Source: Camelus ferus
Taxonomy: Eukaryota
Assembly (NCBI RefSeq): GCF_009834535.1
Contig: NC_045698.1
Span: forward strand, 8,930,001 to 8,994,000
DNA length: 64,000 nt
Direction of reading: 5' to 3'
Below the pieces are notes generated by a model. It was not told the DNA's origin. It saw only the letters and a program-made list of their open reading frames with translations, and searched no databases. Below, piece by piece: positions 13,931 to 27,039 of this stretch. How positions within the stretch are numbered: the stretch's first letter is position 1; each line of letters begins with the position of its first letter. Made by a program: the position numbers and the translations under genes.

Positions 13931-15177
13931 CTAAGGTATGGAAAACTTGATCTTTCAAAATTCAGAGATGTACACTCAGGCACTTAGGTTTAGCCATCAT
14001 GAATCCATGTTCCACTCTTCTGCCATCAGCAACAAGATTTCTTTGTGCTTGACTGCCAGCTGTCTTCTAGAAAGCTAGAAGAGATAATGAATGTTTTCCA
14101 TCATAAATTTTCTTTGAACTTTTCAGGGAAAAACCTGAGGAGTAGAAGAATAGGGAAAAGAAAAATTGGGGGTTTTCATTGATAATGGCATGTGAAGAGA
14201 GGATGAAGATTGATTACACTATAAGGAGGCTTCTGCTGGAGTTGCATTCTCTTTGTTGCCTGGAATGCCTGAAGCAAAGCTTGTGTTTTCCTGGTGGATG
14301 TCACACTAGACACGCAGTTACGCTCTTCGGCACAGAGACCCTGGCTGAAGTAAGCAAGGTTTTTAAAAGGAAAGTGCATGCTTGTGAGTACACAGTATTT
14401 CTAATACTACAGCATTTTGCTATTTTTTTAAAGTCAGTTTTATTTCTAATAGGTTAAAGAAGTCACTAAATTAAAAAACAAAAACAAAAACATTTAAAAC
14501 AATGAGAAGAAAAGAAAGCCTGAATCAGGAAGCACTGTTCACTTCATTAGCAAAAGTAACCTTTGCAGCATCTTGTGTTTCATTAGCAGAGATGTCCAGA
14601 ACCTGTAAATAATTCTCACAACTTGCGTTTTCCCTTTCTTTTTATCCTTTTGGTGTTAATTAAAACATTTTCTCTCTTGTAGCTAATATTGTGAGTTTTT
14701 TAAAAGTCATATTCTATCTCTTTGTAAGTCTAGAGTTAAAGTTAATTAAGACTCATGCAGAGATTTTCTTGAATCAATGCCAATGGGAGAGTAACTTCTA
14801 TGTACTACCTTTGAATTCAACTGCACTAGATACACTGGGATTTTCAGGGACCCAGACTATTTTATTAGATCAAAGACTCAATCAAAAGCATGTTCTCAAA
14901 ATTCTTGGACTCTACACATGGTAAACTGGCTTTTTTGGGGGGAATTATTTACTATTTAAAAAAATGTACCACCTCAGCTCTTCCTATATTGGAATGACTT
15001 TTATAACTGTAAAATAGTAGGATTAACTTCTGTCCAATTTGACCATTCCAATTGGTGCCCTGAACTTTGTCAGGAAAGACCTCCACCATTTTCAGTCTTG
15101 TTTGTATACTCGGCATATATTTTCTATATTTTTAAAATTTGTTTTATGGACCAATGTGAATATAGAGAATAAGATTT

Positions 15178-15593
15178 TGTGAAGGAAAAGCCGGGCTAGG
15201 CTAACAAGATAACTCACAAATCTAAGTATCGGAATACTGATCTGACTTCTGCTGGACTAACTTGTAAATCTAAGTTAATTAGTGTTGGTTTGCCATTCAT
15301 GTTTTTTCCTGCTAGCCAGCTGGGTTTTCAAAGATACATATCTGGCTTTGGAATGTTGGTTTGCTGCCTCCCCACCTCCACTTTTGTGATGATAATGTTG
15401 CTAAAGTTGTTCCATGCCTATTGGCCGAATACCCCAAGCTTGTACTTTACCCTGTAAAACCTCACGCGCATGTCTTGGAGGTGCTCAGAGATTTGGAGCA
15501 GAAGCCCCTCTGAGCCCGCCGGCGTAATACATCTGAGTACTCCAACCCGCCGAGTGGTGCTTGTTTCTTGGCTGGCCTGTCGTTTCCGTAACA
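15178..15593 (+). mobile_element. Probable solo LTR, CpG-rich, family unassigned
   Basis: TG start and ...ccgtaaca end; R/U5-like gcccctctgagcccgccggcgtaataca; TSD ambiguous (attt). Confidence 0.55.
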
Positions 15594-16287
15594 TTTCGAG
15601 ATACACTCTGGCCAGAGTACATCTTTTTTTTGGATCGTGAAATGGAGCGGGGCTTTACCATAATAATTTGTATTACTGTGTTTATTTTACTCAGTAGCTG
15701 CAGCATCTTCGGCTTGGATTGCCTTTAAATCTGCCACAACGCTCCTGCTACAGACAATTGTAATGAAAATTAATTGTCATATGGAAACTACTTTCTTTTA
15801 AATAAAATTCTACATCAGGAATTTCTTTGAACTGTGAAACAAAAAATCATTTCTTTAATTACATTTCTTTCCGTCTAAATGTAGATGCTTATTATTGAGT
15901 AGAACAAGGGGACACATTTACCTATGTTTCCCCAAGTTCTTAGAATAAAATAAATAATAGGGTGATCCTACATGATCAAAAATATAAGCAGAACTTTATT
16001 ATTTCATGCTTTTATGACAATCATTCTGTTAGCAAGATGCACGTACATTGTGACTAAGAATAGACAGTTTAAAAAAGATAAAATGAAAAATACTGTGTAT
16101 GCAGGAAAGAGTCTGAGCAGCATCTACTTATATGTTCTCAGGAAGGGCTTGAGGTTCCACCAAGTTTCTCAAACCCCTCACAGTATCTTCCTGCATGTGT
16201 TACAGATTAATACAGATTCTGACAGACAGCCACATTTAAAGTAGATATTTAATAGGAAATTAAATAGCTTTAATGATAGAAACCTAT

Positions 16288-16786
16288 TGTGAATGAAAAG
16301 TACTGCAGACCATCTCAGTAAACAAAGAATGCTGAAGCCATCAAGTCATCAGCGGCTGCCGCCACCCCCCAGTGAGGACAAGCCTGCAGCCCAGCCTCTC
16401 TGCAACCACTCACCATGGTGCACCCTGAGGGGACTCAGAATAAGAAAGGACAGGATGCTGGCCCTAGATAGCTAGGTGCTTGTCAAAGGAATGAATTCAA
16501 TGAGCCCAAATGTTTGCTCCCTCCCATACATAGAAAAGCACTAAATTCTTTAACTTGAGATGCCTGGTTTTCTTTAGTTAAAAAGTAAGCTTTTAATGTT
16601 CCAACTACCTGGTCTTTGTTGTAAAGCTCCTATACATCCTAACCCCTCCCCTACCTCTTTGGAGCAGTCCCTCAGAGCATCTGGGAGGCTGTCATCCTGG
16701 GCTCGAAGGGGTTCAAGTCCTCAGAAACGTCTGCAAAATAAAACATAACTCTCAACTTTTAGGCTGTGCATTTATTTCAGTCGACA
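16288..16786 (+). mobile_element. ERV1-class solo LTR (family B)
   Basis: TG...CA termini; exact TSD CTAT; AATAAA at 16737; two antisense copies at 36977 and 38458. Confidence 0.93.
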
Positions 16787-17336
16787 CTATTTTAGACAGC
16801 TTTAAATTTTAATAATGATTTTTTAAAATTATACAATTAACAATTTAGTGTAGTTTAGAAATTGATAAATAATATTCAAGGTTCATTAACTTCATCACAA
16901 CTACTTCACCTTTGTTGACAATGCCGTGTACTTTATTATAGCATTTTATTTAAATATGTATATTATAGTGGGTAATTTACCTGTTTTTCTGACATTGAGA
17001 TCTTATTTACTACAGTTTTGAGTCCACATTTTGCCTTGTTTACTTAATTCTTTCTGATCTTGAGTTGATAAGGACATTTTCCTATTTTCTCCTCTAATTT
17101 TAAAGTTTACCCTCCTACATTTAATCCTTTAATTAATCTTGGGTTTATGTTTTGGATAATGTGCAGTATAGATTTTCTTCACTAGGTACCATCTAATTTA
17201 TATTTTCCAATATTATTTTGTAAACATTTTCAAGTTAAAAAGTGGAAAGCATTTATATACCACCTAGATTCTACAAGTAACATTTTACTATATTATTATG
17301 TCAGACACTCTTAATTTATTGATCCCTCTCTCCATG

Positions 17337-17759
17337 GAAAGCAAGTCACGATTTTTTTTAGTTTCCCAAGGCACATAAAATCACGCTTACACTATACTGC
17401 AGTCTGTTTAGTGTGCAACAGCATTTTGTCTTTGAAAACAAGCAATGTACATTCCTTAATTTAAAAATACTTCATTGCTAAAAAAAATGCTAACCGTTAT
17501 CTGAGACTTCAGCAAGTCATAGCAGCAACATCAAAGATCCCTGATTACAGATCACCATAACAAATATAGTAATAATGAAAAAGTGAAATATTGGGAGAAT
17601 TACCAAAATATGACACGGAGACAAGGGGTGAACAAGGGCTATTGGAAAAATGGCGCTGATAGACTTGCTCGACACAGGGGTGCCACAGGCCATCAATTTG
17701 TGAAAAACGCAGTATCTGCCAAGAACAAAAGAGAAATGCAGTGAAATGAGGTCTGTCTG
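17337..17759 (-). mobile_element. Internally deleted Tigger1 derivative (TcMar-Tigger)
   Basis: Reverse strand reads the Tigger1 5' end (cagacagacctcatttcactgc...gatactgcgtttttcacaaattg) fused to its 3' subterminal part; the 3' TIR is missing. Confidence 0.85.
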
Positions 17760-17768
17760 CACAGGAGA

Positions 17769-17770
<2 letters not shown>

Positions 17771-17799
<29 letters not shown>
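17771..17799. repeat. (CA)n microsatellite
   Basis: Seen directly. Confidence 0.97.
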
Positions 17800-17802
<3 letters not shown>

Positions 17803-18344
17803 TGTTTCTTTCAAAAAAAATTATGCTAGGCAATTTTAAAGATGTAAAGTGCTCGAGCCGACCTGATAAATCTGGCATGCATCTTTCTTCCCTCCATGCA
17901 TGTACACGTGGGTAGTTGCAGACGTCTGTAACAAAGTGAGTCACGACATTATGAAACTGAATAGTACTTGGCTGTCTGAAACACCATCTTCACCTTATCG
18001 ACTCACTTCAGAGCTTCCGTCATTAATTGATATCTGACAAGTTCTTCCCAAATTCGACAGCAAAGAAACCTCTTTCAGTGCAGTCAGCATCATAGGCTAT
18101 AGTGGCTTTGCCATTCCACTCCTGGTACTGCGGCTAAGATTCAGAAGCTCAGGTCTTTTACATCAAACACGAGGAAACACTTTCTCCGATGTTCTAGATG
18201 GACGGTAAAAAAAAAAAAAAAAAAAGTAGAAAAGATAGGGAAAGTCTTTCTCAAAGATGTTCTAGTTGGAATTTTAGAGACAGAATGTCTGTAATCCAGG
18301 CTGTAGTTCATCTTAATATAATTCCTTTTTTTTTAAATGGCCCC

Positions 18345-18550
18345 ATTTAATAGATAGACATTTTTTTGCAGAGCAATTTTAGATTCTACAAAATTGAGAG
18401 GCAGGTCAGGATTTTCCATCTACCTCCTCTTCCCCCACACATGTAGCCTCCCCTGTCATCAACAACCCCCGGAGTGGTACCTTTGTTACAATCAAGGAAC
18501 CTACACTGATACATCATATAGCTTATTTTGCCGTTTGCTCTTGGTGTGCT
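18345..18550 (-). mobile_element. Old L1 (L1MC/MB-like) 3' UTR fragment
   Basis: gagtggtacctttgttacaatcaaggaacctacactgatacatcat motif. Confidence 0.7.
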
Positions 18551-19454
18551 CTCCGTTTTGAATTCCAACATGACGCTAATAATGCTTTTCCTTGTTTTAT
18601 TTGTGTTGTGTGTTCAGAATGGCAATCTGATGCCAGAAACTCTCTCCAGCTTGACAATGGGAGTCTTGGCCAGCTGATTGGCAGGGGTGAATGCCTGGGC
18701 AGATTCCCTGAGAGTCAGGAGACCCCGGCTTCTTGTCCTCCTTCAAGTGGCTGTCAGGCTTGCAGCCATCCCTGAACGTGGTTAAGGCTCCCAGGATTAT
18801 GAGCTGCCAAGTCCCATCTGAATAACATGAAAGGAGAGCTCAATTTACAGCAGTGTCTGGAAGCTAAACTGAGAGCCATTTTGCCAGGATGCTAAAGTGT
18901 TCTCAGTCACATTCCAGCAATTTCCATAAGACGAGCCACTCACATTACTGACACATCTCTGAGAAACAGTCTCCTGTCAGTAACAGCTTGGAGAATCCCT
19001 CAGATGTTGGGAAAGAGTTTTGCTAATTCAATTCATAAGCCATTAAGAATACCATAATATTGAAATCAGTTTATCTCAAAAAGTTTCCCAACCATGTTTA
19101 AAAAAGTGGACTTGCCAATATTTCATGTTATTTAAAAGAAATAGTTCTTCAATATTAATCCCAATGGAGTTTTCACATCTGGGGTCATCTAAAACCTCAG
19201 TGCCACCCTGCTGTTTCCTGTCTCTTGAGCACCTTATCCACCTTTCTGAACCCTAATTTGTTCCAATATCATTGTTCTAAGGACATTTTTAAGTGGTTAA
19301 AATAAACCAAAAGAATTTCAGTCGTAAATGCATAAAACAGGACTAAGCAAACAATAACTTCAAATGTTGTAAAATATCCACTATTTGTAAAGCAGCTACT
19401 AATGCTAATAGTGACAAACAGGCAAATTTGGGGAACAAGAGTCATACACGTGAG

Positions 19455-19690
19455 TGGGTTGGTGGTTTTTTTGTTATTGAATTGTCTGAGCTGTTCGTAT
19501 ATTTTAGAAATTAAGCCCTTGTCACTAGCATCATTTCAAATATTTTTTCCCATTCCATAGGTTGTCTTTTCATTTTATTTATGGCTTCCTTTGCTGTGCA
19601 AAAGCTTGTAAGTTTAATTAAGTCCCATTTGTTTATCTTTGCTTTTATTTCTACCCAACATTGTAAATTGACTATATTTCAATTTAAAAA
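19455..19690 (+). mobile_element. Short L1 insertion with 5' inversion
   Basis: Antisense ORF2 piece 19455-19652 joined to a sense 3' tail (caacattgtaaattgactatatttcaatttaaaaa); degenerate TSD. Confidence 0.8.
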
Positions 19691-20994
19691 GTAATACAAT
19701 TGACTTAGGTTCTTCAACTGCTTAATATAAAAAGAAACATCATATTCAAACTTCTGAAATATACTGCAAGACGCTGAATATATTATTTTATTGTTGGATG
19801 TTAATTTCAATGTGGATATTATGCATTTATTTCCTACTAGACTTAACTAATGAGTAACTGTCTCAGTTAAGACAAGTTCTGTCTCATTTATTTACACAAG
19901 CTGGCTAGATTTTCACTAACTAAACTCATCAGCTTAACTGTCAGCTACGGTTACAACTATAATAAGAAGTAAAATCTATAAATATCATATACAAAAAGGG
20001 GTTTATATTTTCTCTTCCTAAAACTACCTAAACTTTCTTAGGAAGTGTTAGGTCTGCTTCCAGGAAATATGTCCAGATTAAGAAGCTCAAAAATAAAAAC
20101 CTTACCTTGTCAGGCTTAATGCAGGAGCCAGGTATTAACTTTATACGTAAACAATTTACATCTTGATGTTACCTAAATATAGTGACCAGTCAAATTTATA
20201 ACTACCAGGGTGATAGGATAATGTCACCCATAAAAGTTTGACTGTGAAGATTCTCCACACAACATCATCAGTTGAAGCTATAAAAAATCTATTTGGTTTG
20301 GACAAGAAATCTCTCTCTTCTTGGGAAGATGAGATTTCAAAGTCTTTCTCATGATTGCATCCTTTGAAATTGATTGTATTCTAGATTAAAAAAAAAAAAA
20401 CACACATTTGAGATGCAAGAATACCAACAAAAAAATCTTCAGTTAATTCTCCAGGATAACCTAGATTTTAAAATCAAGTTTACCTCTTTGTGTGGGATGG
20501 GCTGAAAAACTGAAGATATCATTGGTTAAATTGTATTTTGTTGATATAAAATGCTCTATTTTTAAAGCTAAATTAGCACTTTCAGTAAATTTTAAAAATT
20601 AAGTTAAATGTTTTGTCTAATGAGAGGATACTAATAATTCCAATTATTGCAAATTTTTCACTAGCAGTAATTTCTGTAAATGGTGCCTTTAGACAAGTAG
20701 TGTTAATTTAATTATCAACAGCTTCTCCCTACTATTCCTCTGGGGTTTTGGTTCCAATAGTACTTCCTTCAAAGGAAATTAACTTTTAAAAGACAATAAA
20801 TTTAAAATGACAAGCTGCAGTTATTTACGTGTAAGGGAGGGATGGTGAGGTGAAAGTATTTCTCTCTTTCTCTTAATGTGCATCTTAGTAAGTCTTGAAT
20901 ATGTATCAGCAAAATTAATTTCATATAAAACATCTGGCACTGTATTCATAGAACTTAATATGGTCTTTCACACAAAATACCATTTTGCTTATAG

Positions 20995-21020
20995 AAAATG
21001 CAGGCTCTGAGTGTGTTTGA
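20995..21020 (+). CDS. Candidate short terminal coding exon, (x)NAGSECV*; gene unidentified
   Basis: Branch-like cttaat at 20954, AG-free zone, acceptor ttttgcttatag; followed by non-repetitive CpG-retaining sequence; very short, so weak. Confidence 0.2.
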
Positions 21021-21789
21021 AGGCTGGATATGTTGTTCCCAGCAGCACTTCATAGAGTCGATATGGTTGGTCCCTCCTATGGGTAATGACGGAGTTCCTT
21101 CAGCACTGGAGACGACCATACGGACGTAACCCCTACAGCACATTTATAATATCACACCAGCAATTCATGGTATCATAATAACCTACATGTTTGAAATAAT
21201 ATTTAAACAACATATCTATCTGCACTTTAACTGCTCTTGAAAATTTTGAAATGTCTTTGTGTGGCATCATACAAATATGTGTGTGTGTGCGCGAATGTAT
21301 GAAAATGTCAATCATAGAAAACGTATCTCTGGGGTTGTATATAAATTATAGATAACATATCTTTGGGGTTGTATATTTTGGTTGTCGTTTAATTCTGTTC
21401 ATTCAGATCCTGTGTGCATGGCTGTGGGGGTCCATCCTTTATTGTCTCCTTTTCCAGATCAATCTAAAGTGACTAGCATGTTAATTCTGGACAACCAGTT
21501 CTTGATTCATAAAAAGATGATTGTTCTCTTTTCACAATGACAAATATGTAGATTTTAATCCTTTATTAAATCCATCTTCTGTTTCTCTTTCTGTTATTGC
21601 TAGCAGACGTGTACACATACACGTATCCCAAGTAAATGAGTTTACTAATGCACGCAGAGGGAAAGATGAACCTCAAGTTTGGTTAATTTTTGTCCAAGGA
21701 TTAAAAAACTATGAATGCTTTCTAAGTATAATTTCTCAGTCAGAGCACCCTGCGCCTGGTTTAAATGACTTTCCACTTGTTAATCTCAT

Positions 21790-21868
21790 AAAAATTAATA
21801 TAAATAAATAAATAAATCTAAGTCCCCTCCCTAAATAAAAAATAAATAAATAAATAATTTTAAAAAAA
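21790..21868 (+). mobile_element. 5'-truncated vic-1-type SINE tail
   Basis: aaataaataaataaatctaagtcccctccc plus an A-rich tail resembles the 3' part of the SINE at 61534. Confidence 0.55.
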
Positions 21869-22664
21869 TTGCTGCCAGATTGGTTCTTTGGTTATTACGT
21901 GCCAAGCATTTCATCTGATAAAATTGTTCTGTAAATGATTTGGAAACCTGGTATAAATTTCTCTTCCAGAGGCGAGCTCCATTTGCTTCTGTCACCCACC
22001 TCTCAGGGACACTAGCAGTGTGTGGCTTCCTGACCGCAATTCCAGGGACTGAGATTTGAGTTTAGGTGGGGAGAACTGGACCACCCTTATTTCTAGGGTG
22101 CCGTGTTCAGGGCCCCCACCTATCGTGCAGCCTGTTTAGCAAAAGTGCAATTTGAATGGGTCTGAATTTCAACTTGCAGCCTCCTAATCTTACAGGACCC
22201 TCAGACATGATGCTCATACTCTTAGGATCTCAGCCACCCATCTGAGAATTGAAAAGCAATTCTCTTTGGATCTTGGCTTTGAAATGCCTCACAGCCGTGT
22301 GAGATTCCAGTGCTATTTATACTTCACCTCTGGTGCTGAGCAGAAAAGTTGGTCGAAAATTTCTAGTTCCTTCTACTGGGAACAAATGTTCTATGTTTTT
22401 TATAATTCTAAATAATTTTCTATTTCCTGGGCAGAAGACATTTTTCTTGGCATTTTAAAGTTTGGGAATAAGGATCAGGCATGTCAAAGTTACCCACATC
22501 CAATCAGCAAGGAAAATTAAACAATTGGTGACATTTTTCCTCATTATAATTGAACAGCAAGCATTCTGATAGTAATGGCAAATATTAGAGCAATATTAAA
22601 ATATAAAAAGAAATAACCATTCATCCAGACAGACAAGAAGGAAATATAGCCACTAGCAGAAAAA

Positions 22665-22830
22665 ATCTATTCATTCATTCCTTGTTCATTTGCCAGGCAA
22701 ATTTTTCCTGAGTGACTCGCCTCTGTTACATTAGGCATTGAGCTGAGCATTGGGATGTAGCAGGTAACGAGAATAATGTGCACCCTTCCTTCTTATGTGG
22801 TTTAAAAATCCCAGCAGGTAGAGAAATGTG
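22665..22830 (-). mobile_element. L2 3' end fragment
   Basis: attcattcattc...taggcattgagctgagcattgggat motif. Confidence 0.55.
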
Positions 22831-22894
22831 TATTTCATTTTTGTAAGTGGTAAAGAGTCAGCAGTGATGAAGTTTCTACTTTTACATTTAAATA

Positions 22895-23010
22895 GGCCTT
22901 AGGGATCAGTTAGTCAAATTTCCACGTCTTACAGAAAAGGATAAAGTTATGGAATGGGCTTCATTCATCTTTCCAAGGTCTCTTCGGTTGTTAGCAGATA
23001 ACATGGAGCA
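22895..23010 (-). mobile_element. MIR fragment
   Basis: ccttagggatcagttagtc...ttacagaaaaggataaag...ccaaggtc MIR core. Confidence 0.5.
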
Positions 23011-25614
23011 AATTTCTTTCTTCCAACTCTCAAAAGGGTTGTTTTGGTTATATTGCAATGGCCTCTTTAATCAACCGAGCACGTTAGACCATCTTTATGA
23101 ATACATTTTAGACATTGAAAGTAGTGATGCAGGCTTTGAATTCATAGATATAATGGCTTGAAGTGCTGTTTTTGTTCATGTAATTTCAACAACTAAAAAT
23201 ACTTTAAAAATTTAGACTAAGGTGATCTACTCTGTTCAATCTAGTGTATTTATACACAATTAAACTCGAAAATAATTGTATCAAACATGAAGAAGTACTT
23301 GAATCATAATACATATTAAATATTACCTACCAATCTATAACAGTTTTTTTTAAAAGTTATTTTCTGGGATTACTTGGTTCGGCTAGCACATTCCCATTAT
23401 TCTTATTCTTTTAGTTATTAAAGTAAAATGTTAGTTGTATATTTATTTCCATAATGAATTAACAATTTATGATATTTAAGGAAAATAAAATAATTACCAT
23501 AAACATAACATGAAATTAAAATGTCATACCTGTGTGTACTATTAGTTGCAAATCTATGACATTTTTCTCAACTTTTATTTACAAAATCACTAATCCCAGC
23601 TAAATTCTTGTTGTTTTGCTCTTCTGAAAAGTAAACATTTAAGCCTTTTTTGTGAATGACCATTTTACTGTATTTAACTCAAATTAAATAGAAGTACATT
23701 ATCTATAATATCAAAAGCCATTGTTTATTCTAATAATCTGCGAGAGGTTAATATGGCAAAATGCACATTAAACCAGTTTGCCAATCCTTGCTTGCAATGA
23801 AGAAAGTGCCAGTATTTTTACAGAAATTAACAGCAGCAATTATAATCAGAGTAGGAAAAACTAAAGTCTTTCAATGACCAGAAGAGCAATGTTAAATTGT
23901 TGGAGCAGTAATAACTCGAGCTATTCAGCAGTAGAATTATCTCCCTAGTACATATTTAACTGTGGCGTTGTAATGATGTATGCGTTTTGTTTCATGAAAA
24001 GGGTCACAGTTTGTTAAAATACAAAAAAATAATGGTCCATCCTCTTTTTCTATCAAGAGAATGTAAAGTTGCAATATTTGGCCTGCATTCATATTTCAAG
24101 CAGCATATTTTAAAAGGTAAGTGTCCAAAATGAACTGGAAGAATTGAAAAAAGTCTAAATTTAACCAGCTTTTGTACCAAGGCGATAGCTGCAAAAGACA
24201 TTGTAAATAGTGAGAGAGGTAAATACCCTTTGTAGTGCAATCGCGAGTGAAATCTGAAAAGGAAAGTGGGGTTCTTATTATAATAAACAAAAAGACAGCA
24301 AGGGCTGTGCTTCCCACAGTACAATACACAGGCAGAGCAAAATGAAACAAATAGAAACTAGGATTTTTAGCTCAGAATACAAAATTTATGTGAGTGGAGA
24401 TAAGAAATTATTTATACATTTGCTTTGTGTACATCAATAATTCATCCACTCTTTGTTTATATCCTCATGACCTTCACTTATTTTGGGGGAAAAAAAAAGT
24501 ATGTCTTTCTTAGTGATTTTATTATTGAAACAATACAGGAAAATATAACCATGTCATCATGTTTGATGAAGAGAAATTTGAACAATGCATTATTGAGAAT
24601 TCTCATTTTCTAAACCTCTCACAATCCACTTGGGACTTCTAGCATCTTCATCTCTTTCTGTTTGTTCTCTTTTGGCGTATCCGGGAACCTGTGAGCGATT
24701 CTTAGAGAAACTTTGTTTCTGAACACACATCAAAGTGGCAACTTTTTAATGATCCCTAAGCTAGAGAAAGTCAGATAGTTTCTTCCGCTTTTGTGAAACT
24801 ATAAAAAGAAAGCAGGGGATATTTTATTTCTTTCCTTAATTGCCTTCCCAAGCTCCCAAGGTAAGCGAAAGAAATTATATACAAAAAAAAAAAAAAAAAA
24901 AAAAATTGTCAAAGGCTGTTTGCTGTGGTACAGACATTTTTCACTTTCTAAAATATATTTATAAAAGTATTATACCACATATGGCTTCAAGTAACAAGGA
25001 ATAGAGCGATGAAAACTTTTAAAAATACATTAAGAGGAAGATAGTATGGTCGAGTGGAAAAAACATGAGAATTTTGCTGGAAAAGAGATTCTTAGCCTTG
25101 GTTTTCTTCTTTTGGAATGAAGCATTGTCAGCTCAGTTAAGCTAGTTTGTGTAAAGGTTCTGGTAGTTTCCTTTGGGGACTTTTTTGATAAAGCCATATC
25201 ATTTCGACTGATTTTCTTCCTTAACTACTAATTTCTTGTCACTAAAAAGAATATGAGTATATGTGTTTTTCAGCAGAGTTAAGTATAGTGGGGAAAAGAG
25301 AGAACGGACTTTCCATTTCAGAAGAAAGGATAACATATTTTCTTTTAAAATTTTATCTTAGGCTCTACATTCTTTTCTAGCTGTGAGGAGGTAGAAGAAC
25401 GCAGGAGAAAGAGAATGGACATTGGAGTTTTGAGCTTAAATTGCGGATGTAACACATAATGTGTAGGTAATCTAGGACCCTTCTCAGCTCTAGGTAAGCA
25501 TGAAAAGCCATACAGAGTACTGAGTCCAGGGCCTGCTGGATACATAGATGCTTCCCGTTGAGGATGGCAACATTTATTTATGACAAAATAGATTGTTAAT
25601 AAGTCTATCACCTC

Positions 25615-26115
25615 TTGCCCCTCTAATTCCACGTAACAAATCACGAAACATAAAGGCTTAAAACAACCACGCGTCCAGGGTTCTGCTGGGTCAGCCTTGC
25701 TGGTCTTGCTCCTTGACTATGACCTCATGGCGGGTCAGTTGGGGACCAACCAGTTAGAAGAGTCTCATCTGGGAAAAGTTACTTAATGCTCCACAGGGTT
25801 TTTTGTTTTTGTTTTTGTTTTTGTTTTTGTTTTTGTTTTTGTTTTTTTTATCAGCAGGCTAGTCTGGTCTTGTGATTGGGGTGGAGGGGCAGAATTCTAA
25901 GCAACTGAGGGGATGTGCCTAAGGCCTCATGTTCCCGGGCAACAGATCATCACAGTGTTACTTCCGCCTCATTCTCTTGGCCAGAAGAAGACAAAAGCCA
26001 GCCAGAGCTTCAATGGTGGGGCAAATGGGGACCACCTATCATAGTGAGACTTTGCAAAATCATAGTGAAATGACAAAGAGGCTTAATTTCGGTCATTAAT
26101 GCATTTAGTCTTCCA
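25615..26115 (-). mobile_element. MaLR LTR (MLT1 family)
   Basis: aaggcttaaaacaacc; tgttacttccgcctcattctcttggccagaagaagac (antisense MLT1 motifs). Confidence 0.7.
25799..25849. repeat. (TTTTTG)n simple repeat
   Basis: Seen directly. Confidence 0.95.
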
Positions 26116-27039
26116 CTGTTTGAACACTAAATTAAAATCTCTCACTGTTTTATTTGAAGGCAGACACTTTTCAGTAAGATTACTGAGAATGAACTAGATT
26201 CTCTGTACAAATATTCCATATCACAAGGAATTACTCAAAAATTAAGAGAGAAAAGAAGGAAAATAAAGTTTTGCGGGATAAAATACATTTTTACAGCTAC
26301 TTATTAAGGTTTAAATCATCATCGATTGACCCTATAGGTAACATCAATATGGCCAATAGAAAAGCCAGTTTTAATGAGAATTACTCAGTTGTTTCTTTCA
26401 ATAATCTGCTCTTCTGGTTCAAGACTAAATATGCAGGGATGACCTTGGTTTAGCTTTCTTAAAATTACGTATCACCCAATTTTTCTGATTCTGCCATAGA
26501 TATTTACTTCTGTTGTTCTAATATGCATCAGACTAAGATTTAAAAAACAGATAAGATCATTATAAAAGTTTCTCAACTGTAAGACCAGAACACTGTTTTT
26601 GAACATAATAAAAAAAATTATTGGCTTCATGGGCTAATTTCATTTATTGAACCTTACACAATTATTGGAGAGGCTGGGGAAGAAACAAATGAAAACAGGA
26701 GCTGGAAGCTCATACAATAGTAAAACGAGAAGCTGGAAATGCAGAGGCACCAAACAGAACTGAGTGCAGATTGCTGGCTGAGAAGTCTGTAGGTAGCTGT
26801 TAGACTAATCTTACTGCAGCTCTACACATGTATAAATCTGTGTTAACTATCACCAGTTAGGAAAGAAGATATTTTTATCACTTTAGAAAACCTCTCCACA
26901 ATTTCACAATCCCACCAACCACGGGGCTCGGCAAACACTAGCATCACACCGAGGCTGGATTCTTTCACTCAGCGTAATGCCTTTGAGACCCATCCGCTTA
27001 TTTGGGTCTATCAATAACTGATTGCCTGTAAAAAAAGTT

